A stretch of DNA of 64,000 nt from Octopus vulgaris (taxonomy: Eukaryota), in the NCBI GenBank assembly GCA_951406725.2, contig OX597836.1, forward strand, positions 47,554,001-47,618,000, written 5' to 3'. The first letter of the stretch is position 1. Every line of letters begins with the position of its first letter. The notes under the pieces are model-generated. The model was not told where the DNA came from. It was given only the letters and a program-made list of their open reading frames with translations, and searched no databases. This document shows, piece by piece, positions 63,461 through 64,000 of the stretch. A program made the position numbers and the translations under genes.

Positions 63461-64000
63461 CTTGTCATAAATCTACTTACTTTTTAAAATAGTGAAATAC
63501 CACAGAGAGGTGATTAATTAAGATAATCCTAATCTTTAATCTTGCTATGAGGTCACAATACAGAGACAAATATGTACACATTTCACTCACACACATACAT
63601 CCCATCAGAATCAGACTGAACAAAACTAAATAATGTCGCATTTTCTTTGGGGTTCAAACTCTATTATAAGTGAATACTCTGCTTACAATCAATCAATCTA
63701 TTATTAATCTAGTTCTATATTTAGGAGTATGTTTCAGCAGGAGTTATATTGTAATTGTTGTTTAGCACCCAAGCATTCAGCCTTGCCTTTTTGTGGGCAT
63801 AGTCTACTTTGGAAGATAGTCACCAATGTATTTTTTTCTGCTTTAAGATGATAAAGTATGATCTGAGATTGCAATTTTCAGTAAACTGAATGAACATGTT
63901 CGCAAGGTTTTCATTAATGCCGTCTGAGAACTCATTGTTTTGTTATCTTTTGCTTTTTTTTATTTTTAATACTTATACTCTTACTCTCTTTTTTATTTTT

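Overview
AT-rich, repeat-dense eukaryotic DNA, most likely intronic or intergenic sequence from an octopus (coleoid cephalopod), judged from the tRNA-derived SINE families and the microsatellite load. I can recognise no host protein-coding gene, and most ORF-track entries are microsatellite or SINE read-throughs. The only long, recognisable ORF is a 5'-truncated CR1-clade LINE reverse transcriptase (55703-56989). The rest is a layered transposon record: (i) at least four SINE families; (ii) RTE, R4/Dong, Tx1/L1 and Penelope retroelement remnants; (iii) mariner, piggyBac, hAT and Helentron/Helitron elements, several of them nested. Structures worth a second look: a minimal hammerhead ribozyme next to a perfect 132-bp palindrome and a nested foldback element (16.9-18.6 kb); a SINE with a 141-bp flanking duplication and a 5' foldback; a SINE with a locally templated 5' junction; a Tx1-like LINE inserted into a SINE's tRNA-derived head; a TIR element carrying a TTAGGG-like array; inverted SINE pairs; and weak minus-strand exon candidates. 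Family names come from motif recall, not database searches.
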